Shown piece after piece: positions 32,123 to 44,305 of a stretch of DNA of 64,000 nucleotides. Position 1 is the stretch's first letter. Each line of letters begins with the position of its first letter. The position numbers and the translations under genes were made by a program. The notes under the pieces were generated by a model. The model made no database searches. It had not been told where the DNA came from and saw only the letters and a program-made list of their open reading frames with translations. Source of the DNA: the human T2T-CHM13v2.0 reference genome, Homo sapiens; NCBI RefSeq assembly GCF_009914755.1, contig NC_060936.1, one strand, 5' to 3'.

Positions 32123-32479
32123 GTAAGGCGATTGAACTTAAGATTTAAAATGTAAGCCTTTTGATGAAGCATGTGCTATAATTTCAAAAAGTGCATAATG
32201 AATATCTTATGAATGAAGAATCAGATACTTGCTTAAATATATAAAACTGACCAACATGGGCTAAATTAATGGGAAGACACCCATTTTGAAAAATATGAGT
32301 CTGTGAGCAGCCCTGAGGATTAGTAGTTTGAGGCCCAAACAATTTGGTAAGAAATATTCTGTTTCTGATGGATACATTTTGGGAACTGTTTATTCTAATT
32401 TTTGTTATAATAATTACATTTGAATTACATTTAGAATCCTGTAATCCAGAACTGAGACACTTAACTTTTTTAAATAAAT

Positions 32480-34440
32480 TGTCTCCTTTTCTCCTTCCTA
32501 AATTTTCTTATTTATTTCTTCTACAGTCTAACCTAACACAGTAAATGGCAACTCCATCTTTCTAATTGCTAAGACTAAAACTAACTCATTCCTTTTTGTA
32601 CTTACTCAATGTCTGTTTCTTTAGCAGGATTTGTTGGCTGTACCTTCAGAATATCCAGGTTTCAACCATTTATCATCATGGTCAGCGCTATTAACATATT
32701 GTATATTATCATTATTTCTCCCTTGGATTACTAAAGTATATTCTAACTAGTCTTTTGTTTTTGTCACTGCCCACGTGCAGACCATTCCCCCCATTGCAGC
32801 CACTGTGATCTGATTGAAACTTAAAGCTAGTCATGTCATTATTCTGTTCTAAAACCTTCGTGGGCTTCTTATCTTTCCCACACTAAAAGCCAGGTCCTTA
32901 AACTGGTTTTCAAGGCTCTGTGTTCCCTTATGTCCCTTCTTCCTCTCTTTTCCTTGCCTCTTTTTCCTCAGTCATTTTTCTTTTTCCTAATGTCCAGAGT
33001 GCTCAGATTCCCTCAGATACCTGCATGGTTTTCTTCATAGCCTTCAAGTCTCTGTTCAAGTATTACCTTATCAGATAAGCCTTTCCAGACAATGCTGACA
33101 TCCTCTCCATCCACCTTATCATAGTCTGCTTTATTTTTATTCCTAGCACCTTTTACATTTGACAAATTATATATTTACTTGTTTATTTGCCTGGATCACT
33201 GTAATAGTCTCCTAAGTGGTCTTCTGGCTTCCATCCTTGTTCTTTTCCTTCATGAGTTTTTAATTCAGCAGGTAAGAGTAGTGTTTTAAAAATGTAAATC
33301 AAATCAGATCCCAGACTCAATTCCTATTTTCATTCCAATATACATTTTCAAGCTTCTCCAGTTTACCCTCAGGTATTTATTTACACCAAGCTTTATAATA
33401 AGGTATAGGTGAATGTGTGAGTATGCGTGGGGAAGGACATTCTTTGCCTGTTGGAGGGGTATGGTCCATGATTCACTCACATATCTCTGCCTGGAATGCT
33501 GTTCCTCCTGTAGATAAGTTTCTTAAAAATACAAAACTTGGAAATAAGAAAAACGCAGGCAGTGTGTCTTTTCAGTGCCTGTGATGACATTGTTTAATGT
33601 GCCCACCTCAGGAGTACTTAGGAGAAAGTACTTTATTTGACTCACTGTTTATTCTTGAATAAAAGTCTCAGATGTAGTGAAGTTACATGTTAATTTATAG
33701 ATTTTTTCCCCTGAAGAGATGCGAATAATTCTGTCTGTTAGAAAAGATAACTTCTAAGAATATAATTAATTGCCCTGTAGGATATTAACAAGTTTTATCT
33801 CTAACCTAGTGCTTTTAGTCCAACACTCCATGTTGTTAAATTTCCTATCTAAATCCTGTTCTTCACATGCTGCTTAAACCAGTCTTAGCATCTTATTCAT
33901 TCGGTCTTATAGGATATTAACCAGTTTCGTCTCTAACCTATTGCTCCTAGTTAACACTCCATTGTTAAATTTCCTATATAAATCCTGTTCTTCAAATGCT
34001 TCTTGAACCAGTCTTAATATTCATTCAGTCTTAAGATAAATGATTAATTCATTAGTAAATGAACAGAATAAATCTTTGGTATATCTTCAATTGGTATTTA
34101 CATGAGTCAGATTAACTTTTTGAAAATTATACTTTTAACAGCTCTCGCTGAACTCTAGCTTCCTTCTGATATTTGCTCAAATGCTACTCTTGTGGAGGCT
34201 TTTCTTAATCGTGCTGTATAAAATAAGGCCCTTTGTACTTGCTCAGCATCCCCTAGCCCTTTTTATTTTTTTCTTTTCCATACCGCTTATTCCTACCTGT
34301 TATTTTATTTTGATTTGTTTATTTTCTGTCTTTTCTCCACTACAGTGTAAATTCCTTGAGATTAAGGAGTTTTCCTTCCCAGTAGTACTTGGCATATAGT
34401 GCATGTTCAATGAATACTGTTGGATGAATTGAATAGATGA
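32480..34440 (+). mobile_element. Fragmented L2 copies, interrupted by non-L2 sequence at ~33515-34145
   Basis: aaatggcaactccatctttctaattgct, ctctgcctggaatgctgttcc, tgctcaaatgctac, and the 3' end ttggcatatagtgcatgttcaatgaatactgttggatgaattgaat. Confidence 0.65.
33778..34033. repeat. Diverged tandem duplication, ~132-bp period
   Basis: taggatattaac.agttt..tctctaaccta...aaatcctgttcttca.atgct.ctt.aaccagtctta...ttcattc.gtctta at 33778 and 33910. Confidence 0.93.
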
Positions 34441-35084
34441 ACTAATATCATGCACCCTGCTCCCCAAGGACTAATTACATTGTGTATAGCCACACTTACT
34501 GACCTCATCCTTGGAACTATGGTGCTGATTAAAAGGCATAGTACTGAATAATGAGATAGCTTTGTGTTTCTTTGTCTCCACTGAATGACTTATTCTGGAC
34601 CCTTTAGTGAGACATACATCTTTGAGGGTTCAGTTTTTCCATCTATAAATGGGAACAGTAACATATCAGAGAGACTACGTGAGACTTAACGTATATCACT
34701 TTGGGTTGTTTTTACATTAATGACCAATATAAATGCTATCTGGCATTATCATTGTTGTCTCACTGCGTTTACTATTAATAGTGATAATCTAGGAGTGATG
34801 ACTTGAGTCTTCAAAGCTAGTTCCTTTTGTAGGAATCAGTACTTTCAAAGAAAACTTTTTTCAGATGACTTCATTTTAGGACCAATAGGCTTCTCTCTCC
34901 TTTTTATAGCATGGGAATAAAAGAGTAACTTACGGAGTGTTAAACACCTTGGCTAAATAAATTATAGAAAAATGTACCAGGAGGTCTCATAGCCAAATCG
35001 AAGTTAAAGTAGGCATACTGTTCAGTTTATATGTCACCATACCATCTCTGAGGAAAGCATTTCTATCCTCAGTCCCTTCCATTC

Positions 35085-36465
35085 ATTTGATGTGCCAATT
35101 CTTTGTTTTTTATTTGGTTATTGTATATTTCAGTTCTAAAATTTCCATTTGGTTCTCCTTCATATCTTCCATTCTGTGCTTAAACTTTCTATTCTGTTTG
35201 TTTCAAGCATGTTTCATAATTCCCTGCCGAAGCATTTTTATTATGGTTGCTTTAAAATCCTTGTTAGAAAAATGTCATCTCAGTGTTACTATTGATAGTA
35301 TTTTCTTACCCAAGTTGAGATTTTTCTGATTCTTAGTATGATGAGTGCTTTTTAATTTTATCCTGCATATTTTGGGTATTTTGTATGATACCTTGGATCT
35401 TATTTAAATCTTGTATTTTAGCAGGCCTCATCTGATACTGTATAGTTTGGGAAAAGATTAACCATTTTGTTAATGTCAGGTGCAAGTAAAATGACAAGTT
35501 TTCCACTCAGCCCCCTTTGACACCCTGGGTAGGAGGGATACTGCCTTACTCCTGAGATAAGGTGGGATTTCAGGGCTCCCACAGGCCTTAGCAGATACAT
35601 CCCTGGCTGGGAGCAGGAGAGGCACCTTATTACTGTTCCACGGGTGCCTTACTGTGAGATTAGGTGAGATCTTCTTACCTCTGGATAGTTATAAAAGTTC
35701 TGGCTTCCCACTCAGCTTCCTCTGACACAGGAAAGGAGGGAGAGAGAGTCTTTTTCCTTTTGGATGGGGATAGAAGTCCTAAAACTGTCTTCACAACCAC
35801 TTGGTTTTCTCTGATACCACATCGAGGTCATCTATGGGCACTGCATTGTTGCTGGGGCGAGAGTGGAAATCTAGGCTCAGTACTCGGCCTTTTGTGACAG
35901 AGGTGGTTTAAAAATAAAGGCGAAACTTGGAAATAAGGAAAAAGGTGAGCAGTGTGTCTTTTCAGTGTCCTATAGGGACATTGTTCAATAGGCCTACACT
36001 ATGACTATTTAGAAGAAAGTATTTTGTTTGAGTCATTGTTTACTGTTGATTAAAAGTTTCAAAGTTAGGGCCATGCGTGTTTTTTTTTAAATTTTTTTTC
36101 CATGGTATTTGGTTGGTGTAGGATGTTTATTGTCTAAAAGTTTTCTGTCTTGCTAGATTGTGCCTTTCATGGATGGCCCTTTTGTTACAGAGGATTGACT
36201 TTTATTGGGGCTTTTGTGCCTGTTGGTGTTTCCTGGTTGCTGGCTATTCCACTCCCCAGTTTGGGATATATGAGGCTAAAAGAAAACTCACAGAACTCAC
36301 TGCTTTGTCATTCCTTGGATTCCCAGGTTCCTAGTTAGTCTGCCTTCCCTCTGCATTCCAGAATCCTCTTAAATTTGTTTTAATAAAATGTCCAAACTTT
36401 TTAGCTCTATTTATTGATAGAAATAGGGAGAAGTGTGTCTTTTTAATTTTAATCTGGAAGTGGGA
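35085..36465 (-). mobile_element. Ancient L1 5' region (L1MC4-like), interrupted at ~35908-36065
   Basis: Motifs ttattgtctaaaagttttctgtcttgctag, gggatatatgaggctaaaagaaaac, ttccttggattcccaggttcctag. Confidence 0.7.
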
Positions 36466-37012
36466 TAGAAAGCAACCTTTTAAATTTTAGTTATTCTTTG
36501 TTGTAGCTACATCAGGAAATTGATATCAAAGTTAAAATACATTAATTTGAAACAGGTAACTTTGAGTCGGTTTTTTTTGGAGGTGGGGAAACAGGTTAAT
36601 GAGCTCCCATGGAGTCATTCTAGATAGAGGAAGGATGCATAAAAATATATGGATAATTCGAAATGGGAGATAATACATAAATCTCTATATCTGCTTTATA
36701 TTTACTAAGTTTGTGCATATTTATGTGTATGTGTTAGATATTCTGAAAGTGTATTTTCAACAAAAATATTTACATTGTACTGTAAATACCTGATTCAGGA
36801 AGAATTTAGAAATCTTAGGCTTCCGTATTTGACCTTTCTGCAATCCAGTTCTTTCTGAGGGTTATGGACTTCTTTCAAACTAACACAAAGTCGTTTCTAC
36901 CTAATAATTTCTTAGGAATAAGAGATGTGATTAAATTTGTGAGTGTCAAAGGAGGCTACTGTATGTTAAATATGTATAGGATGAAATATTAGCAAAGTAA
37001 GTTTTTAAATAG

Positions 37013-37369
37013 TGATATGGTTTGGCTGTGTCCCCACTCAAATCTTATCTTGAATTGTAGTTTTCATAATTCCCACATGTTGTGGGAGGGACCTGGTGGC
37101 AGATAATTGAATCATGGGGATGTGTCTTTCTTGTGCTATTCTTGTGATAGTAAATGTCTCACGAGATCTGATGGTTTTATAAAGGGAAGTTTCCCTGTGC
37201 AAGTTCTCTTCTCTTGTCTGCTGCCATGTGAGACGTGCCTTTCACTTTCCGTCATGATTGTCAGGCCTCCTCAGCCAAGTGGAACTGTGAATCCATTAAA
37301 CCTCTTTCTTTTATAAGTTGCCTAGTCTCGGGTATGTCTTTATCAGCAGTGTGAAAACGGACTAATACA
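37013..37369 (+). mobile_element. THE1A/B MaLR solo LTR
   Basis: tgatatggtttggctgtgtcccca ... ggactaataca; TSD aatag/aacag; ATTAAA at 37295. Confidence 0.93.
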
Positions 37370-39528
37370 AACAGTGAATATATATTAAATTTCTTGTTTG
37401 GATTTATGGTCTGCCAGTCATCCTTTAGATAATTGAATCTTATTTATGACATATTTTCTGTAGAATATGGCAATTTTTTAATATCAAGGTATCTAACATA
37501 CAGGTCTTTTAAATGTCTGTGAAGCTTAATGAAATGAAAAGAGTTATTTATGATGACAGGAACAATATACTGGTGCCTGCATCTCTGTGGTATCCTAAAA
37601 AAAGCAAAACATTTAGGAGTCCAGTAAGATATTGCTAGATTAAATTAGCTGAGAAGTTCTTTCTCCTTAAGAAATGTTAGTATGTGTATGTATTTATAAA
37701 AATAGTATGTGTAGTCTGGAAAATGTGGACAATATAGAAAAAGGAAAACAAAATTTATAGCTATTTCTCACCATGAAAATTCTAAATATTTTCACCTGAT
37801 TTCAGAATACTGGGCTCTGAGTTTTCAGTTTTGGAAAATCTACTCCTCTACTTAGGCCAGGTTTTGGATGTATCTGTCAGAATTTTTGTCTGACAAGAGA
37901 AAGAGTAATTAATAAATGGAATGTTTGTAAAACCTTTAAACAAACTTTTAAAAAACAACATTAATGATTACAGATAATTCTAACAGTGTTATTTTATGTG
38001 ATATGGTCTAATTACCAGGATAGGTGGAGAGGCGTGAATGTGCCATAACAAAAGGAAATAAATACTGTGAACTCTATAGTACAATGGGGGTGTGTGCTAT
38101 GTCCCCTTTTCCTGTTCTGTCCAGGGTGTGTAGCCTAACCAGAGGAAGAAAAGTGAGTCATGCTGCATTTATCAGAAATAGCTATTTAAAGGACTTTCAC
38201 AAAACTTGAATATAGAACTCCTCATTTTAGTACAACTTGGATTCCAGTCCCTTTTGTCTCCTTTCTTTGACTCCTGTAACAAGTGGGTCAACACCTGTGA
38301 CAAGCACTCAGGAAACTTGGCAGCTCATCAGATAGCACATGACCTCATGCTGCCACATTTCTAAAAATTCAGTTACCAGACACAGCTGGTTATAAAATTA
38401 TTATCTTTGATAGTCGTCAGTATTGGTATCTATGGCTAACTTTGGGAATTTTTTGTGTAAACTTTTTAAAGACTGGACTTAATTCTTTCACATTCCATTT
38501 TCTATTGCAGTGCCTCGTGGCTACAGCAGCTTGATTATTTGGCTTGAAAATTTAATTAAAAAAAAACAACTAGTACTGTTTTATGAAAATAAAGTGTTTC
38601 AGAGGACCTTAAATTTACCTATAAATGGATTTATACAGCCCCAGACTACTACTTACATTCTGTTGCTGATTTCACAGATTGTATTATTTAAGTACCAGTA
38701 GATATTAATCTAAATTTTTTCATGTACTCTTTAAAAATAAGTACTAATCAGGTGTTGGACATTGGGCGCTTGGCAAGAGGCTACTATAATAATTGTGCTT
38801 TATAAAGTTGGTTAAGGGGTAGATTAGATCAGTTGCTTGACTACCCAGAATAGTTAACTTGATAATCTGGTATGTAGAGAATTTAGCAGTTATGTGTAGG
38901 TAACCCAAAATATAGTTTGCGGTCTTATGTAGGATTGGAAAATGCTGAAGGAAATATTAGTACACATTAAGCATCACTTGAAGACATTCTGTTCATTTAC
39001 ATATTTTTTGGCATGACTAAACACTCTGAAGATGTATCTTTGTCAGAATTGTAGTCTGACAAGAGAAAGAGTAATTAATAAATGGAATGTGTGTAAAAAA
39101 TGAAACAATAAGGATTTTATATCTTAGTTGGTCTTACATGCATTTCTTTTAGTAGTATATTTTAGATTAGATTTGATGTTGGGAAATGTATGTATTTCTG
39201 TTGTTAGGAATCCCATCCTCTTCATAGGCCTTATAAAATGAGAGTCACTGTGAGAGATCAATCATTGTGAGATATGGTCAAGTATTTTCTTTCTTATTTC
39301 AAAGCTAATTGAATGATTGAATTATTCAATCCATAGGTTAAATACTAAAATTTGGAAGACCTCTTTGTCAAACTGTATTAGAATAATAAACATTGCCATA
39401 ATAAGCATTTACATTCATTAAAACATGTCTATATAGTGTAGAAAAGTTTATTCAAACCAAACAGGTAGAATTATTTATATAGAAAGAACAACATGTTAAG
39501 GGTATTTTACTTAATGTGTCAGTTGTGT

Positions 39529-39838
39529 ATATATATATATATATATTTTTGTTTTTGAGAAGGAGTTTCGCTCTTGTTGCCTAGGCTGGAATCAGTGGCA
39601 TGATCTTGGCTCACTGCAACTTCCACCTCCCTGGGTTCAAGCGATTCTTGTGCCTCAGCCTCTGAAGCAGCTGGAATTACAGGCATGTACCACCACACCC
39701 GGCTAATTTTTGTATTTTTAGTAGAGATGCGGTCTCACCATGTTCACCAGGCTGGCTTTGAACTCCTGACCTCAGGTGATCTGCCCACCTTGGCCTTCTA
39801 AAATGCTGGGATTACAGGCATGAGCACCATACCTGACC
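39529..39838 (-). mobile_element. AluS with (TA)n in the tail
   Basis: Full antisense Alu; TSD ttgtgtat/ttgtatat. Confidence 0.93.
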
Positions 39839-40049
39839 TTGTATATTCTTAAAAATAAGACTTTCAGGTCCAAGCAATGAACTTGAAAATTTTGCTTTAT
39901 ACAGTAGTTTTCATGAATTTCTGCATTTCATCTGTTTTGCTTCACTTATTTGACTTCCTTAAATTTTAGAACAATAATCTTCAATCCAGGATCACATTAT
40001 ACTTTCCAGGAAAGTTTCAAAAAATGCTAAATTAGTGGCTGACACCAGT

Positions 40050-41690
40050 TAATTAATGTGTTCAAGTGATTCAAACATCAAAAACTGCATATAGTAAATA
40101 AAGATATATAGTGAAAAGTCTACACCTCATCCTCTGCTACATCCACCTAGTTCTTTTGTGCCCTCAACAGGTAATTCCTGTTTTTTTTTTTTAATCCTTG
40201 TAGAATATTTTATAATGCAAACCAAGGCCAATGATAAATATACATATATCTCCTTCCTTCTGTCTCATTTAGATAATAGTGTACTAAATATTTATTTAGT
40301 TAAGATTATTTCTTGGAGGCCTTTTCATAGTGACTCATATAGAAATTCCTATTCTTTCTATGAACATCTGAAATACATTATTTTCTTCTATCATAAAACA
40401 TTGCTGTCAAAGTCTAATAGCAATCTAATTCTTTTTCCAGTTTCTTGTTATATCCTGCTTTTGGTGATTTTTGGTTGATTCCTCTAGGTTTACAATATGT
40501 CTTTCTAATATATGTAGTTTCAATTTCTTACTTTACAGTTTTAAGAAGTTATTACATTATAAATTTAATGTTTGTTTTATTCTCTGACTGTGTCTTCCTT
40601 ATGGTGACTCCTGTTATTTGTATGTTGGATAGTCTTTGCCTTCTACATTTGTCTTTACTTGACTCCTTTTTATTGCTTCATTTCTTTTTGATCTAAAATT
40701 TGCTCCCCCTTTTATTCTTTAGTTTAAATAATCATTTCTGAAATGATTTATTCTGTCATAATTCTTTTCTAAAATCTCTCATCATTTCTGAGTTGTTCTA
40801 ACTTTGGTTTATGTTGTTCTTTAATCTACTTTATCATTTTCCAAGTATCTTTTAGCTTACTGTGTTGAGTTTTTAATCTTTCTTTTTATTTTATTTATTT
40901 ATTTATTTTTACTTTCAGCCAACTCACACCTTTTTTTTTTTTTTTTTTTTTTTGCTATTCTTTTATTTTCTATAGGGCTGTCATTCTGGTCCTTCTTTTT
41001 TTCATATAATAGCATTGTATGGGATTCAACTAATGTGCTTCTGTTGTTTTTACATGAAATTGGTTCTCTTAAACTTTTTAAATGAGTCATTTAAGATAGT
41101 TTTTTTCTCTCATTTTAAAATTCTGTGTTTTTGTCTGATAAAAAAAATATAGTGGCAACATTTTATAATTTTCTGACTTCATTTACTTCTTCCACTTTTA
41201 TCTTGACCCTCTCTTTCTTCTCTCTCTATTGTCTCTGGTTTGGTCAATTTGGATTTTCCCAGCAATTTGTCCTCAGTGTCGGGCTTTATCTGGAAAGTAT
41301 TTAGAGTTTTTTGGGCCCACTGACTCCTTATTGAAGACTGCTTGTACTTACCTGAAATTGTGTAGACCTCTCTCAGTTTCAGCTACTGTTCTTATCTTGG
41401 CATGCTGACCTCTCCAGTGAGTTTCTGTTAGCCATTTCAGAGTTGCCATGTCTGTCTGATGTCCTGTTACTTTTACCTTTTTTCCTGCACAGATTCGGAT
41501 GCCATACACGTTTTGGGACTACTGATGGTTTGTCTTCACCTGTTCATATTTTGGCATTCACAAGGGATATAGATTTGTGATAGGAATATCCCAGTTTGTG
41601 CTTCTATTTTTTAAAAAATTTGTTCTGTAAGGGATTTTTGAGACATCTAAAAGCTATACTATTGTTAATACCATATTCTTAGATTCTTTT
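40050..41690 (-). mobile_element. Very old L1M fragments (includes a T-run at ~40931-40953)
   Basis: Weak L1-antisense motifs (atatagtgaaaagtct, tcctgttatttgtatgttgga); subfamily not assignable. Confidence 0.45.
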
Positions 41691-42614
41691 CCCTGCTGAT
41701 TGCTGTTAAAGGGAATTATGTGTGGTAAGAAGGGTTAAACACATGCTTTCCATGAGGATACTTATTTTTTATGGAATTAGTTAGTAGATTGCTGGGACCT
41801 GGAGTTCTCAATCTCATAGCAATAAAACTTGAAGGAAAAGACCATGTTTTCTTTATTTTTGTATACTGTTATTAAGCACTTACGGGTGTCTGTGTCTCTA
41901 AGAATTGTTGAAATGAAAAAAATGTTTGGAGAAAAATGATTTTTTCAAGTAGTTTTTTTATTGTTTATTTTCACCTTGAGTTTTATAGAAAATTGATCAT
42001 ACATTTGCCTAAGAGCCACTAAAGTTGACAAGCTTCACTTTTTATTTTTTAATTTTTTTAGAGAAGATGATGAACTAGTTTTATGTCCATGTGTAGGGGT
42101 GAGTGCAGTGATCACAAGCATATCTGTAGGGTTACCACTTATTTGATTCTGTGCACTGAAACATATAACTTGTATTTGTACCTTTTTTTAATCAGTATTT
42201 GCACCTTTTTATCAGTATTTGCAGATACTGATTACCAACACCATGATTGATGTTCCTAATAAGCACCTTAAGTCATTTTTCTTTGTTCACTAAAGTATTG
42301 ATTTATAGAATAAACATTTCACTTTTATACTGTTTCTCCTCATTCACTATCTTTATTCTCTGATTAGCAGTCAGCAACTTAAGTAAAATAAGGGCCATTT
42401 CACAAAAATAAAAATTTATTTTTAAAAATGAAAATAGCTTTAACTCTTTTTTTATTAGAAAAAACTAGCTTATTTGATACCATTTAAACAATGAGAAGAG
42501 TATACAAATTTTATTAATTTTATCACCTAAATATTCAGTTTTTAATAGAAACAAAAACAATTTATTACTTTTCTAACCATGAGGGGAAAATGTACAACTT
42601 AATAATTTGATTAT

Positions 42615-42938
<324 letters not shown>

Positions 42939-43772
42939 TTACGGAATAACAATAGCAATGAGAAAATTAACTGACATTTTAGTCTCAAAAAATGCCAAGA
43001 ATTGGAGGCAGTTATGAGAATTAACAATATAGGTACAGGTTTTTGAAATTTTGTGCTGGCTTTTATTTTAAAGGGCTTATGTCATTTTCTTATCCCTGTT
43101 CTAATAATTGAGAAAATCAAATTGTCATTTTATTTATTGGAACTAAATGGAACAGTTTTGAAGTCATTGGGAGAATATCATTTTCAAAATCTACAAACTA
43201 ATTGATGCCAGTGAGAATGTTTTTCTTCCGCCTTGCTACCTTAGTCATCATCCACAGTAGTAGACATTTAAAGTAGTTGCTAGTACTTCCTCAAGTCCAA
43301 GATGACATAGATGTTTAAGGAATGCCATCAATTTACTGATAGGTTTTGAGGGGACAGAAAAGACTAAATTATATTTTAATACCACCTAATTCAGAAATCT
43401 TAAGGTGTGATGAAATATGCATCTTAGACTTGACTCAGTAAGTAAAATGAGTTTTTCTGTCCCAAATGTTTTTTAAGGTATTTAGAATTTGTAAACAGTT
43501 AGTTTGGAAATTTAAAATGTTTTTAAAAGAAAAATCAAATAAACTGTTTCGGTGAATTTAAGCAAATAAACTTCATGTATTTTAGCACATAGAAAATAAA
43601 TATGCTTATAAATGTAAAAATAATTCCATGATTTAAGCAAATTAGCATCATTAAACAGATTTGCAGCAGAAAAAAGTATTAATGCCAAAAAATGGATTAA
43701 AAGTCCACCTTAAGTTTAGGTGCTTAGATTCTCATGATTCTGCATAAAGTCTTTTAAGCAAACATCTATTCT

Positions 43773-43834
43773 GTCAGCAGTAATTCCGCCTTGGATAAAC
43801 CTCATTGGCTACGATACTGCCATTGTGCAAAGTT
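43773..43834 (-). pseudogene. U4 snRNA retropseudogene, 3'-truncated and tailless (U4 nt ~1-62); possibly the annotated RNU4-54P
   Basis: Reverse complement reads AACTTTGCACAATGGCAGTATCGTAGCCAATGAGGTTTATCCAAGGCGGAATTACTGCTGAC vs U4 AGCTTTGCGCAGTGGCAGTATCGTAGCCAATGAGGTTTATCCGAGGCGCGATTATTGCT; 13-bp TSD aaacatctattct/aaacatttattct. Confidence 0.95.
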
Positions 43835-43852
43835 AAACATTTATTCTAAATA

Positions 43853-44305
43853 CAGTTGTCCCTCAGTATCTGTGAGGGCTTGGCTCCAGGACCTCTCTTA
43901 GATACCAAAATCCATAAATGCTCAAGTCCCTGATATAAAATGGCATAGTATTTGCATATAACCTGTGCACATCCTCCTGTACACTTTAAATAATCTCTAG
44001 ATTAGTTATAATACCTAATACAATGTGAATGCTATGTAAATTGTTGTTATATTATATCATAATAATACAATATAATAATAAGAGAAAAAGTCTATATATG
44101 TTCAAGGTTAGTTATAATACCTAATACAATGTGAATGCTATGTAAATTATTGTTATATTGTATCATAATAATACAATATAATAATAAGAAGAGAAAAAGT
44201 CTATATATGTTCAGTGCAGTTGCATTTTATTTCTTCCTAATACTTTTTTACCCCCAGCTGGTTAAATCCCTGGATGCAGTACCTACAGATGCAGAGGGCT
44301 GACTA
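43853..44305 (+). mobile_element. MER2 (TcMar-Tigger MITE) with an internal 106-bp tandem duplication (44002-44213)
   Basis: ta|cagttgtccctcagtatctgtg ... gatgcagagggctgacta|ta TIRs; MER2 body ctcaagtccctgatataaaatggc. Confidence 0.88.
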
